Below, piece after piece: positions 39,683 to 48,591 of a stretch of DNA of 64,000 nt (within the stretch, counting starts at the first letter, position 1; every line of letters begins with the position of its first letter). Below the pieces are notes generated by a model. That model was not told where the DNA came from. It saw only the letters and a list, made by a program, of their open reading frames with translations, and did no database searches. The stretch is from Andalucia godoyi And28 (taxonomy: Eukaryota > Protista > Jakobida). Made by a program: the position numbers and the translations under genes. The stretch spans positions 285,330-349,329 of the forward strand of contig VRVR01000010.1 of NCBI GenBank assembly GCA_009859145.1. Direction: 5' to 3'.

Positions 39683-42382
39683 ATGAAGATTCACATTAAG
39701 GAGGAGGAGGTGGTACTTGTGATCCTGGACTATTTGAAGCATCGGGGGTTCTACCAGGCACTGTCGTCGTTGGAATCCGAGTCCAAGGTGACGCTGGAGA
39801 CGTACGGCCAGGAACTGTTGTTTCTACGTTCGCTTGTTCTGGAAGGGGCATGGGACGACGTGTGTGCGTTTCTAAGTCCGCTGCAGACCCGCGTGGACTT
39901 TGACTACAAGGCGGCGTTGTTTGCGGTCAAGAAGCAGAAGTTCCTCGAGATGCTGTCGTCCGAGAAGCTTTCGCCGGCGGTTGTGGAGCTCGTGGATGGG
40001 CTGAAAGAGCTGGAGGATAAGTGCTCGCGAGAAGAGTTCAACTCGCTGTGCTATGTGCTGACTCTCAAAAAGCTGCAGGATCACCCGGACTTCTCGACGT
40101 GGACTGTGTACCATGGGCGCGTGGAGACGTTTGAGATGCTGAAGCCGCTGTTTTCTCGCGTCTATGACCACCATGAGAAACAGGCAGAAAAGTCAAATGT
40201 GTCAAAGATGGAGCCTGGACGACTGGTCAAGCTGTTCCGTGACGCATTGCTGTTCCAGATCAGTGCTTACGAGGCAGTGGAGAAGAAGAGGAGGGTGACG
40301 ACGGATGGCGGAGGCTCTGAGCTCGGCGCAAAGAATGGTCCGGTCTATGGCTCATTGCTGCATGATTTCCCCGAAGGAGTGAAAGTCACGGCACTTGATT
40401 CCGTGCGCGCGCAGCTCCCCGAGGTCGTTGTGGACACAGATGGCAATGGGAGCCACGACGACAGCAAGGGCATTCGAACAAGAGCATTCAATGCTGCGGT
40501 GCATCAATCAGTGCAACTTCCAGCTCGAAATCGACCAGCGCAGCATTCGCAGGCTGCAATGCGCGATTTTCAAGCAGCTGCCTTCCGCGTTGCAGGAAAT
40601 CCGTCCAGCACGACGGTCGTGGGAAGATCGGTTGCGCAGCCGTTGCCAAAGTCCGCCGATCGGTTGCCACGAAGCGCATCTGCTGGTCGCAGTTCCGCTG
40701 TCCAGCAGCAGGGCTCGCAGAATCCTGCCCAGATGCAGCAGGCGACCCGAGGACTTCGACCGCAGTCTGCGCGTCCGGAACCACAGGCTGGCCCAAAGAA
40801 GAAGCCTGTTTCGTTTTTTGTGGCTGCAGATGGGGTCCGCAGCAATGACGAGGACGGCAACGACAACTTTATCAAGGACAATGATAACAACGACAATGGG
40901 CGAGACATAGAGGATGTGCAGGAGCCGGAATTTGGAGATCTGTACCCTGATCTCTCGTCTCCAACGAGTCAAAGCGGGCAGGGACAAGAAAGGGTGGTAG
41001 GGGCGGACGAAGGAGAAGAACAGCGACAACCGTCCATGACACGGTCTTCTTCTGTTTCTTCAGGATCGGCGAGAAGCGTTCCGCGGTTGTCTGACAGCAG
41101 TGTCCCATCGTACGCTTCCGAAGCAGTTGGTTCAGATCCATTTGGTCACGAGGAGGAGCAGCAACAATCGCCTGCTTTCGGAGGAAGAGACGCAGGACCA
41201 GTTTCAGTTCCTGCACCAGCTCCGGTTTCTTCTAACCGGTCTCTTGTCTTGTCTCGAGGTGACAAGGAATCTGTAGCGCAGGGTTTCCGGCCCATTCAAC
41301 AGCGGAATTCGGAAGGCCGACGGGGCGGCGAGCCAATGGAATCTATATTGGAAACGACGCCGAAATCCTTCAAGTTTCGTTCTTTTGATTTTCTCCAGGA
41401 CTCGCAAGCGCTGCGGTCTGTTTCGTTTGCGCCTGCAGGGACCTATCTTGCAGTTGGATCCAACTCCAAGACACTGCGAACGTGCTCCTTTTCTTCGTTG
41501 AACACACAATCACAGCAAAACGTACCACTGTCTCCTTTGGCGCTGCTCTCCAGTCTCCATCCGTTACAGATCTTGTGGGAGGCCCACAAGTATCATGCTG
41601 GCTCAATCTACTGCACAGCCTTTTCGGACGACGGGATGTTTCTGGCTTCAGGGTCCAATGACCGGCTAGTGAAGGTGTCATGTTTTCACGAACAGCAAGC
41701 GGTATCGACAGTCACTCTTCCAGGGCATTCTGGAACCGTTCGGTCCGTTTCATTTGCTTGTGGCCACCCGACGCATCTGTTCTCTGGTGGCGACTGCACT
41801 ATCAAGTTGTGGGACGTGCAGGCCGAGTCCGTTCTGAAAGAGTGCTCTGTCGCCGCCGCAAGTTCTGAAGACGTGCCTGAAGTTCTATCGGTGTCTCCGC
41901 TGCGCAATCCCTTGAATGCACACTGCGTGCTGTCTGGCTCCTCCGACGGGGTCCTTCGGCTTCACGACTTTCGCTCGACGAACCCGTCCGAATGGACCAT
42001 TGATTTGCAGGGCGGCGAGATCTGGTCATTGTGTGCCGGGTACACTGGGCTGTCTGACGGTCGTGCATTTGCTGGTTTGCGAGACGGGAGAGTTGCAGTC
42101 GTGGATTACCGCAGAGGCATCGTGGATTCTTTTCTGGATATGTGCCATCGCGACGAATGCCGGTCTCTCTCGCTCAGTGCGTGTGGCCGCTACCTTGCAT
42201 CTGCATCCTTTGACAAGTCTATTTGCATCACGGATTTGAGCAGTATGACCGTTGTTTCTCGGATCTTGGATGCTCACCAGGATCGTGTGGTGTCCGTTCA
42301 GTTTCATCCGCTGACTTCCGACATCATGGCGTCCACCGCAACGGACCGCAAAGTCACACTGTGGGTCAATGACGCTGCATGA
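39683..42382 (+). CDS. WDR47: WDR47-like LisH/CTLH plus C-terminal WD40 protein
   Basis: EEEVVLVILDYL LisH, LFLRSLVLEGAWDD CTLH, KQKFLEML, WD repeats with HAGSIYCTAFS and SGSNDRLVK. Confidence 0.85.
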   Translation: MKIHIKEEEVVLVILDYLKHRGFYQALSSLESESKVTLETYGQELLFLRSLVLEGAWDDVCAFLSPLQTRVDFDYKAALFAVKKQKFLEMLSSEKLSPAVVELVDGLKELEDKCSREEFNSLCYVLTLKKLQDHPDFSTWTVYHGRVETFEMLKPLFSRVYDHHEKQAEKSNVSKMEPGRLVKLFRDALLFQISAYEAVEKKRRVTTDGGGSELGAKNGPVYGSLLHDFPEGVKVTALDSVRAQLPEVVVDTDGNGSHDDSKGIRTRAFNAAVHQSVQLPARNRPAQHSQAAMRDFQAAAFRVAGNPSSTTVVGRSVAQPLPKSADRLPRSASAGRSSAVQQQGSQNPAQMQQATRGLRPQSARPEPQAGPKKKPVSFFVAADGVRSNDEDGNDNFIKDNDNNDNGRDIEDVQEPEFGDLYPDLSSPTSQSGQGQERVVGADEGEEQRQPSMTRSSSVSSGSARSVPRLSDSSVPSYASEAVGSDPFGHEEEQQQSPAFGGRDAGPVSVPAPAPVSSNRSLVLSRGDKESVAQGFRPIQQRNSEGRRGGEPMESILETTPKSFKFRSFDFLQDSQALRSVSFAPAGTYLAVGSNSKTLRTCSFSSLNTQSQQNVPLSPLALLSSLHPLQILWEAHKYHAGSIYCTAFSDDGMFLASGSNDRLVKVSCFHEQQAVSTVTLPGHSGTVRSVSFACGHPTHLFSGGDCTIKLWDVQAESVLKECSVAAASSEDVPEVLSVSPLRNPLNAHCVLSGSSDGVLRLHDFRSTNPSEWTIDLQGGEIWSLCAGYTGLSDGRAFAGLRDGRVAVVDYRRGIVDSFLDMCHRDECRSLSLSACGRYLASASFDKSICITDLSSMTVVSRILDAHQDRVVSVQFHPLTSDIMASTATDRKVTLWVNDAA

Positions 42383-42729
42383 ATGCAGGAAACACACACC
42401 CCCTCGGCTTCTTACATAAAGACGAGTATTTATTAACATAATACGGCCCCCACCGCTGCCTGTGCTGTGTGACATTCGTTCGATTTCACGGAAGGAGAAT
42501 CCTTCAAGTTTCCAAAACCACTCGGAAAGCAAGCAGCCGCCAAGCAACCTTTTTTGTTATTTTTATTATGTATATTATGTATATATTATATTAAAACTAT
42601 TATTACTTACATTTAAATTTATTTCTTCGCATCTCCAACCGAAAACCCATCGATGCTGCTCCACTCCACGCAGGAACTCGCAAGTCGTTAGTTTTTCACC
42701 GTTTGCGACGTGCGCGAAGAAGGAAATCC

Positions 42730-43590
42730 ATGGTGCACATTGATTTCAAGGACAGTGTCCTGTATCAGCTGTGGGTGCATCCAATTGTTCTGTTGTTGAT
42801 CGTGCTGCAGACAGTGTTGTACGTTTTGTCCATCACCAAATATCCCGAGTATCTCGATAGGTTTGCCTTTGTGTACGAAAAGATTGTGAATGTACGGGAA
42901 TGGTGGAGGCTGGTAACCTGTGCGTTTTTCCACGGATCGTTCCTGCATCTTGCGTTCAACATGTCGTCGTTCTATGCGCTGACTGCATTTGAAGACTCAA
43001 CAGGCAGCATATGCGCTTTGTTCAGCGGTGTTTCGCCGTCCGACTACTTTTCCTCTTCCGTCTCGGCGTCTCCGATGCTTATGGTCCTTCGCGAAAAGGC
43101 TGCCTTTCTCGCAATGATGACCTCGCTGACACTACTCTGCGGAGTTGCGACGTATCTCTTGTATCATTCTGCGATCCACCATACGGACCACCTCGCAGCT
43201 GCGAGCTGGATGCCAAAAGCACTTGCCGACCGAATTGCAAGCTGGGACACCAATCGCTACTATTCGCAGCCTGCAGTCGGCTTCTCCTGTGTGCTGTTTG
43301 CGCTGCAGACGATCACTGTCTCTTTGTTTCCTCGATCGGTTGTTCCAATGTTTGGATTCTTCAACATTCCCGCTGTCCTCTCCCCCTTTGTTTCTCTCCT
43401 TATCATCCAGATCATCGTCCCAAACGCGTCCCTGCTTGGCCACCTCGCCGGCATTCTTGTCGGCTTCCTGTACGGCTTTGGCGTCGTTTTCGGCGGATGC
43501 TCGTTCCTCGGCCCTTCTGCGCTGTACATCACCCTGGCCATATCCGCAGCCTCGGTTTCTGCAGTCCACTTTGTGAATCGCAACTCTTGA
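42730..43590 (+). CDS. Rhomboid intramembrane serine protease (RHBDD1/RBL14-like)
   Basis: EWWRLVT, HGSFLHLAFNM, catalytic GFS(C) and GHLAG motifs. Confidence 0.9.
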   Translation: MVHIDFKDSVLYQLWVHPIVLLLIVLQTVLYVLSITKYPEYLDRFAFVYEKIVNVREWWRLVTCAFFHGSFLHLAFNMSSFYALTAFEDSTGSICALFSGVSPSDYFSSSVSASPMLMVLREKAAFLAMMTSLTLLCGVATYLLYHSAIHHTDHLAAASWMPKALADRIASWDTNRYYSQPAVGFSCVLFALQTITVSLFPRSVVPMFGFFNIPAVLSPFVSLLIIQIIVPNASLLGHLAGILVGFLYGFGVVFGGCSFLGPSALYITLAISAASVSAVHFVNRNS

Positions 43591-43633
43591 TGAACATCAG
43601 TAAATTGAAATGGAAAAAAAACAAAAAAAACAA

Positions 43634-44011
43634 TTATGCTTTTACTCGGATATTGTGCTTTCTCGTAAACTCACCAAGCTCGGCATCGCGTCTCTTGAGC
43701 GCCTGTTCCAGCTGCGCGATGAGCTCCGCGATTTGGTCCTTGTTTCCCGAGACGGCCGGCACGACTTCTCCGACGGTACGTTCAAGCAGCACGCCGCCGA
43801 CCATTCTGTAAGCCTTGCGCGATGCCTCGAGGCCCGTAAGCGAGGACAGCACAAGGTCATGCTCGGCACGGTCCATCTCCAGCTCCTGGATCTTGGAATG
43901 CAAGTTCAGGCACTCTTGTCGGAGCGTCTGGAACTGGTTCAGAATCACCTGCTGGTCCTCAGACGACATCGACGAACCCGTCATCGACGCAGATCCACTG
44001 GAAGACGCCAT
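43634..44011 (-). CDS. PFDN2: Prefoldin subunit 2
   Basis: EHDLVLSSL...RKAYRMVGGVLLERTVGEVVPAV; 125-aa coiled-coil protein. Confidence 0.93.
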   Translation of the reverse strand: MASSSGSASMTGSSMSSEDQQVILNQFQTLRQECLNLHSKIQELEMDRAEHDLVLSSLTGLEASRKAYRMVGGVLLERTVGEVVPAVSGNKDQIAELIAQLEQALKRRDAELGEFTRKHNIRVKA

Positions 44012-44570
44012 CTCGTTCTTATGTCAATCGTACTCAGTCTGCTCCTTTCCCCCCTTCTTTCTAAACGCAAGCTATTCCTCTCCCTCTCTGGTCGTGTCAC
44101 CCACCTCGTACCACCAAAAGGAGAAAAAAAAAGAATCAAAAAGAAAATATTTAAAAATATAAAATACATTTAGTAGAAAAATTTAAAAAAACAATGTATT
44201 AAAAACGACAACCATAATAATCCAAAAGCATGAATGAAAGGGACGAAATTATGAGTGAAAGAGGGGAAAGGAGCGTTTCTCAATGAAAGGCGCGGGAGAA
44301 ATAGGATTTCTCTCTCTCTCTCTCTCTCTCTTTCCTTTTTTTTACAGCTGTTTGGATCAACGGAGTCGACGAATCTCGACCAAAAGAGGTTTTCCTTTTT
44401 GTTGAGACAATGCGAACAAATAGAATCCTTTTTTCTTGATCGGCGAATGTGAGCCCGCAGTCAAATGACAATTTTACATTGAAAAATTAATTAAGTAATT
44501 GTTTTCATTTTTTTCCTTTGCGGTTTTCAGCGTTTATGCTTCATTCAATTGATTTTTTAATTTATCTTGT

Positions 44571-45857
44571 TTGTTCTGTTTCCGGATGATCCAGCAGCTT
44601 GGAGAGTGCCAGTCTTTTTTGTTCAGCCATGACTCCGACTTGAACGCCAGTCTGTTTTGTGTGTGCGATGCGGGCTTTCCTCCGTTTGTTCCTCTCACAC
44701 ACTCTACTTCGATTTCCAGCAGCGGCAGTAGCAATAGCAACGACAACGGCAACGGCAATGGTAATGGTGTGTTCCAGGGTGATGGAGATGGAGTGCATTC
44801 CGAGTTTGCACAGATGTTTGCATTCCATGATTCGTCATTGTTTTGTGCAGAGTTGGGCGTTGACAGTCTCGTGACGCAAGCTCCACACCATGTCTTTTCA
44901 AACTCGCAGTTCTTGAGCATGCTCGCGGCAACGAACGACCTTGCAGACTCTGACACGATGCATCCGTCTTTTCTGGAGGCCAAGCCAGAGCCGCTGAGTT
45001 GTCCGCCTGCTGTTCCTGCTGCCGCGATGCAGACTCGGTTTGACGACTGCAAGCTAGAGAGCCAGGCTTGCGAGAGTGCAGCACGAGGTATGCTTCCTTT
45101 GCACGTGGAGAGCGCTCCGACGCCGCTTGGCGATGTGGCTGTGCCATCCATGGGGGTTGCACACGTGCCAAGCGGCGTGTTTGGAAAGGCAATGTGGTTT
45201 CGTGGATGCAGGATTCTCGTGCGGTGGAAGCACGGATGCGAGAGCAGCAGCTATGTCGGAGATGTGATGCCGGAAGTGCTGGGAAACATGACAAACCGTA
45301 TCGGCGTGTCTCTGTCGCTGCCGGATGTCGATGCCGATGTCGATGCCGATGCAGATGCAGATGCGCCAATGGAGTTGCTGCACGATGATGACGACACTCG
45401 TACCTCTTGTGCCGGGACTCGGGGCGCAGTACTCGCCGTCCATGGTTCGTGGACGTGCCACTTGTATTTGCTGGACGACAAGGACAACTGTTCCGGACTG
45501 AATATAATGAAGACCAAGTCTGGTACGCTTGTTACCCGCGGACCAATGTCCATGCTTCTGTCCTCGCCCACGCACCACCACCATCACGATCACCACGATC
45601 ACCAACAGCAGCAGCCTCGAACGAACTGCACGTTCGAGGCGTTTACCATGCCGTGTGCAACGATTGGAAAGAGAACATCGTTGCAGTTTGCGGTTGTGTT
45701 TCGCGATGCTGCGACTGGCGAGGACCTATTTGAGGTCTTCAGCTCTAAGTTCAAGGTGCTTGCTCGCCAGCGCAAGACAATCGAAGAAAAGGAACGCCGC
45801 AAGATGGCCGTCTCCAAGCGCAACAACGGCGTTGCCCGTGCGTCGCCTCGCAAGTAG
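44571..45857 (+). CDS. Hypothetical protein with acidic low-complexity N-terminus and beta-rich C-terminal domain ending in a basic tail
   Basis: 428-aa ORF flanked by AT-rich intergenic DNA; no family recognised with confidence. Confidence 0.65.
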   Translation: MFCFRMIQQLGECQSFLFSHDSDLNASLFCVCDAGFPPFVPLTHSTSISSSGSSNSNDNGNGNGNGVFQGDGDGVHSEFAQMFAFHDSSLFCAELGVDSLVTQAPHHVFSNSQFLSMLAATNDLADSDTMHPSFLEAKPEPLSCPPAVPAAAMQTRFDDCKLESQACESAARGMLPLHVESAPTPLGDVAVPSMGVAHVPSGVFGKAMWFRGCRILVRWKHGCESSSYVGDVMPEVLGNMTNRIGVSLSLPDVDADVDADADADAPMELLHDDDDTRTSCAGTRGAVLAVHGSWTCHLYLLDDKDNCSGLNIMKTKSGTLVTRGPMSMLLSSPTHHHHHDHHDHQQQQPRTNCTFEAFTMPCATIGKRTSLQFAVVFRDAATGEDLFEVFSSKFKVLARQRKTIEEKERRKMAVSKRNNGVARASPRK

Positions 45858-46167
45858 CCCCGCGTCAGCAAGCTGGGGTCTTTGCCAGAAGGGGAGATCT
45901 CATACAAAGATTTACATCTCCCCTTCCCAATATGTATTATTGAACATTTGAAGCTCCGCTGGAAAGAAAAGAGAGAGAAAAAACCCACCCGCGAAGCAAT
46001 TATCATAAACACAACAATGTACCTTTTTCCCCTTTGTGAGTGCGTTTGGCGTCGTTTACTTGCAATCCCGTCTCCAAACAAACAATCAATCATTAAAAAA
46101 AATAAAACCCACAGATTGGGGGAGAACGGCGGACAAAAGCGACTTTGAGCACGTGCGGATTTTCATA

Positions 46168-46547
46168 TCAGAACGACTTGTCTGAAAAGGCGCGGACGAT
46201 GGATCCCGGGCCAGACTTTGCAAGCAGCGCTGCATGAAGCTTTAGGAGCGAGCCTGCATTGGGATGTTTCTCTTCGAAAGCGCGATAGACCATCTTGAGG
46301 ACCGCGTCGATTTCCGCGGGCGATGCAAGCTGCTCTACGGCCACAGCGTATTCGGATTCCTTCAGCGCTGTAAACACCGGGACTGCGCACTTTGTGTAGA
46401 ACTGCGCCGCATCCGCACTGGTCTTGGTCTCCACGCTCAGCGAACTCGGAGCGCTCTCGCAAAGAACCTTGAGGGCAGACTTTGGGTTCGAAAGACTCGA
46501 CTGAATCGCCTTTTCTCTCAGTGATATATACTCGGACCACGATGACA

Positions 46548-46548
<1 letters not shown>
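46168..46548 (-). CDS. ARPC5: Arp2/3 complex subunit 5 (p16-Arc)
   Basis: DAVLKMVYRAF...SLLKLHAALLAKSGPGSIVRAFSD; 126 aa from MSSWSEY. Confidence 0.85.
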
Positions 46549-46610
<62 letters not shown>

Positions 46611-47092
46611 TCTCTCTTCTTCTTTCTGTTCTCTCTTTGACTTTCCACTGGCTCGTTGCCGGTGCCTCGGCTTTCCCAAGACGCAATTGTCAAAGCAATT
46701 CCTGTCGTCCGCCAACCTCTAGCATCAAGTCCATTGCTGATGGCTTTCGCCTGCTGTACGAACTTTAGGGCGGCAAAAGCAATGCGCCTCGACGCCCGTG
46801 CGGCAAACGCCGTTTCCCGACTACAACAGCGGCACTCGTGCATCCATATCCGAATCCTCTTCTTCAAACCAGTTCCTCAGCACACGCAGTGCATATATAT
46901 AAACCTGGGGACTGGCTCATGCATTCATCATACATTCTTTCTTTCATTCATCCACATTTTGATTTTTATAAATTAAAAAAAAATAATCAATATAATCTGG
47001 CTATCCGACACACCGAGATACAAAGATATCCAAGATAATAATACTTTTTTTTGAAAAGAAAAGAAAAGAAAAGAAAGGGAGCAACGAGGAAG

Positions 47093-48289
47093 ATGGCACC
47101 GAATGGAAAGCTTGTCGTGCTGCTTGATCAAACGGTGTTTGTGGCTGGAGGTCGATTGAGCGGGGTGGTGCAGCTGCTGACAGAGGACGTGCACACAGCG
47201 TCTGCACTAGACATTTACTTTACGGTGTCCGAGTCGCTTACGTTCCAGAGCTCTGCGGTTGCGAAATCGGTGCTTTATACGATCTCTGTGCCGCTGTGGC
47301 GCGCGAACAATGAGCGTGGATTTGGGTTTCGAAAGGGAACGCACTCGTTCCCGTTTGCACTTCAGATCCCCGAGGGGCTTCCGCCGTCGTTTGATGATGG
47401 GAAGAAGTTCCGAGTCGCATACACAATCAATTCCGTGCTGTTTTCAGTGGGTGGAAATGCAAAGCACAATCTGAGTGTGACGCGCGATGCCAATGTTTGT
47501 GAGAATCTGCCTGCGAATTTGCAGAATATGGTGAATATCCCGTCGACTGCAGAGGGAAAGAAGAAGCTGCTGTTTGGAGGAGACAAGGATCTGCAAATGA
47601 CGATCCGGTCGAACAAGTCCATCTATGCGGCGGGAGAGCCCATGTACCTTTGTTTGGACGTCATCAATGAGTCCACGAAGCGCGTTCGGGGGATCAAGAC
47701 CGAGGTGCGCAGAACGATCACCGAACTTCCGGGACAGCAGGGGCCTGTGAGCGTGTCGGTGTCGTCGCCAAACAGCCATCCGGAAAGAGTAACCAACGTG
47801 CAGGTCGTCGCCGGAAAGGCAAAAACAAAAGTCATCTCAAAGGCAGAGTTCTTTTCATTGGACTTTGAATGCCTGCCAAAATCTCACCGACAACTCGTTA
47901 TCGATGTCCCATCTCCAATCGATGCACGCACAGTTGTGGGCACGAAGCTGTTCTGCGTCGAATGGTCCGTTTATGTCGCGCTGGATACTGCTTGGTCCAA
48001 GAATCTTGCTGTCGAAGTCCCCATCAAGATTGCCACGTCCGCCGCGTACAACACCATCTTCTTCCCAACCGTCTCGCAGACCGTTGTCCATTCCGTCGAC
48101 TCTGTCCCCCAAATACAAACTGGAGATGGCTCAGACGATGAGAGCAGCGTCTACGAAGCCATGCCTGCTCAACCAGTTCCGTATCCCTCGCAGCAGCAAT
48201 CACCGCAACAGCAACCGGCATCCGTGTACCCTGCCAGTGCGATTACGTATTCTGCGCAGCCTGCCAAGGCGTCCAGCAGCAACATGTGA
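47093..48289 (+). CDS. Arrestin-fold (alpha-arrestin-like) protein
   Basis: VFVAGGRLSGVV, GTHSFPFALQIP...LPPSF, RVAYTI, YAAGEPMYL...NESTKRV; Pro/Tyr/Gln-rich tail. Confidence 0.85.
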   Translation: MAPNGKLVVLLDQTVFVAGGRLSGVVQLLTEDVHTASALDIYFTVSESLTFQSSAVAKSVLYTISVPLWRANNERGFGFRKGTHSFPFALQIPEGLPPSFDDGKKFRVAYTINSVLFSVGGNAKHNLSVTRDANVCENLPANLQNMVNIPSTAEGKKKLLFGGDKDLQMTIRSNKSIYAAGEPMYLCLDVINESTKRVRGIKTEVRRTITELPGQQGPVSVSVSSPNSHPERVTNVQVVAGKAKTKVISKAEFFSLDFECLPKSHRQLVIDVPSPIDARTVVGTKLFCVEWSVYVALDTAWSKNLAVEVPIKIATSAAYNTIFFPTVSQTVVHSVDSVPQIQTGDGSDDESSVYEAMPAQPVPYPSQQQSPQQQPASVYPASAITYSAQPAKASSSNM

Positions 48290-48591
48290 GGTCATGTCGT
48301 TGTTGCAGCTCGCGTTGGACTCGTTGGACTTTTCCATTTTCCTTGTCCTTTTTGCGATGCCACATTTCAGATTTCGGCACCCCGTAAAATCGCAGGTGGT
48401 GTTTTTTAAAATTCATTGTTGTTGTTTGCAGCAGGATGATGTTGAGTGAGCATAGTTATTTTTATTATTATTATTTTTCATTTAAAAAATAAAAATAAAA
48501 AAAGATTAAATAAGAAGCCATAGGAGGAGATGGGACAGGGGAGTGGTGGATAACAGAAGAAGAGCACCACTACCGAGTGCCAACTTCTCTC

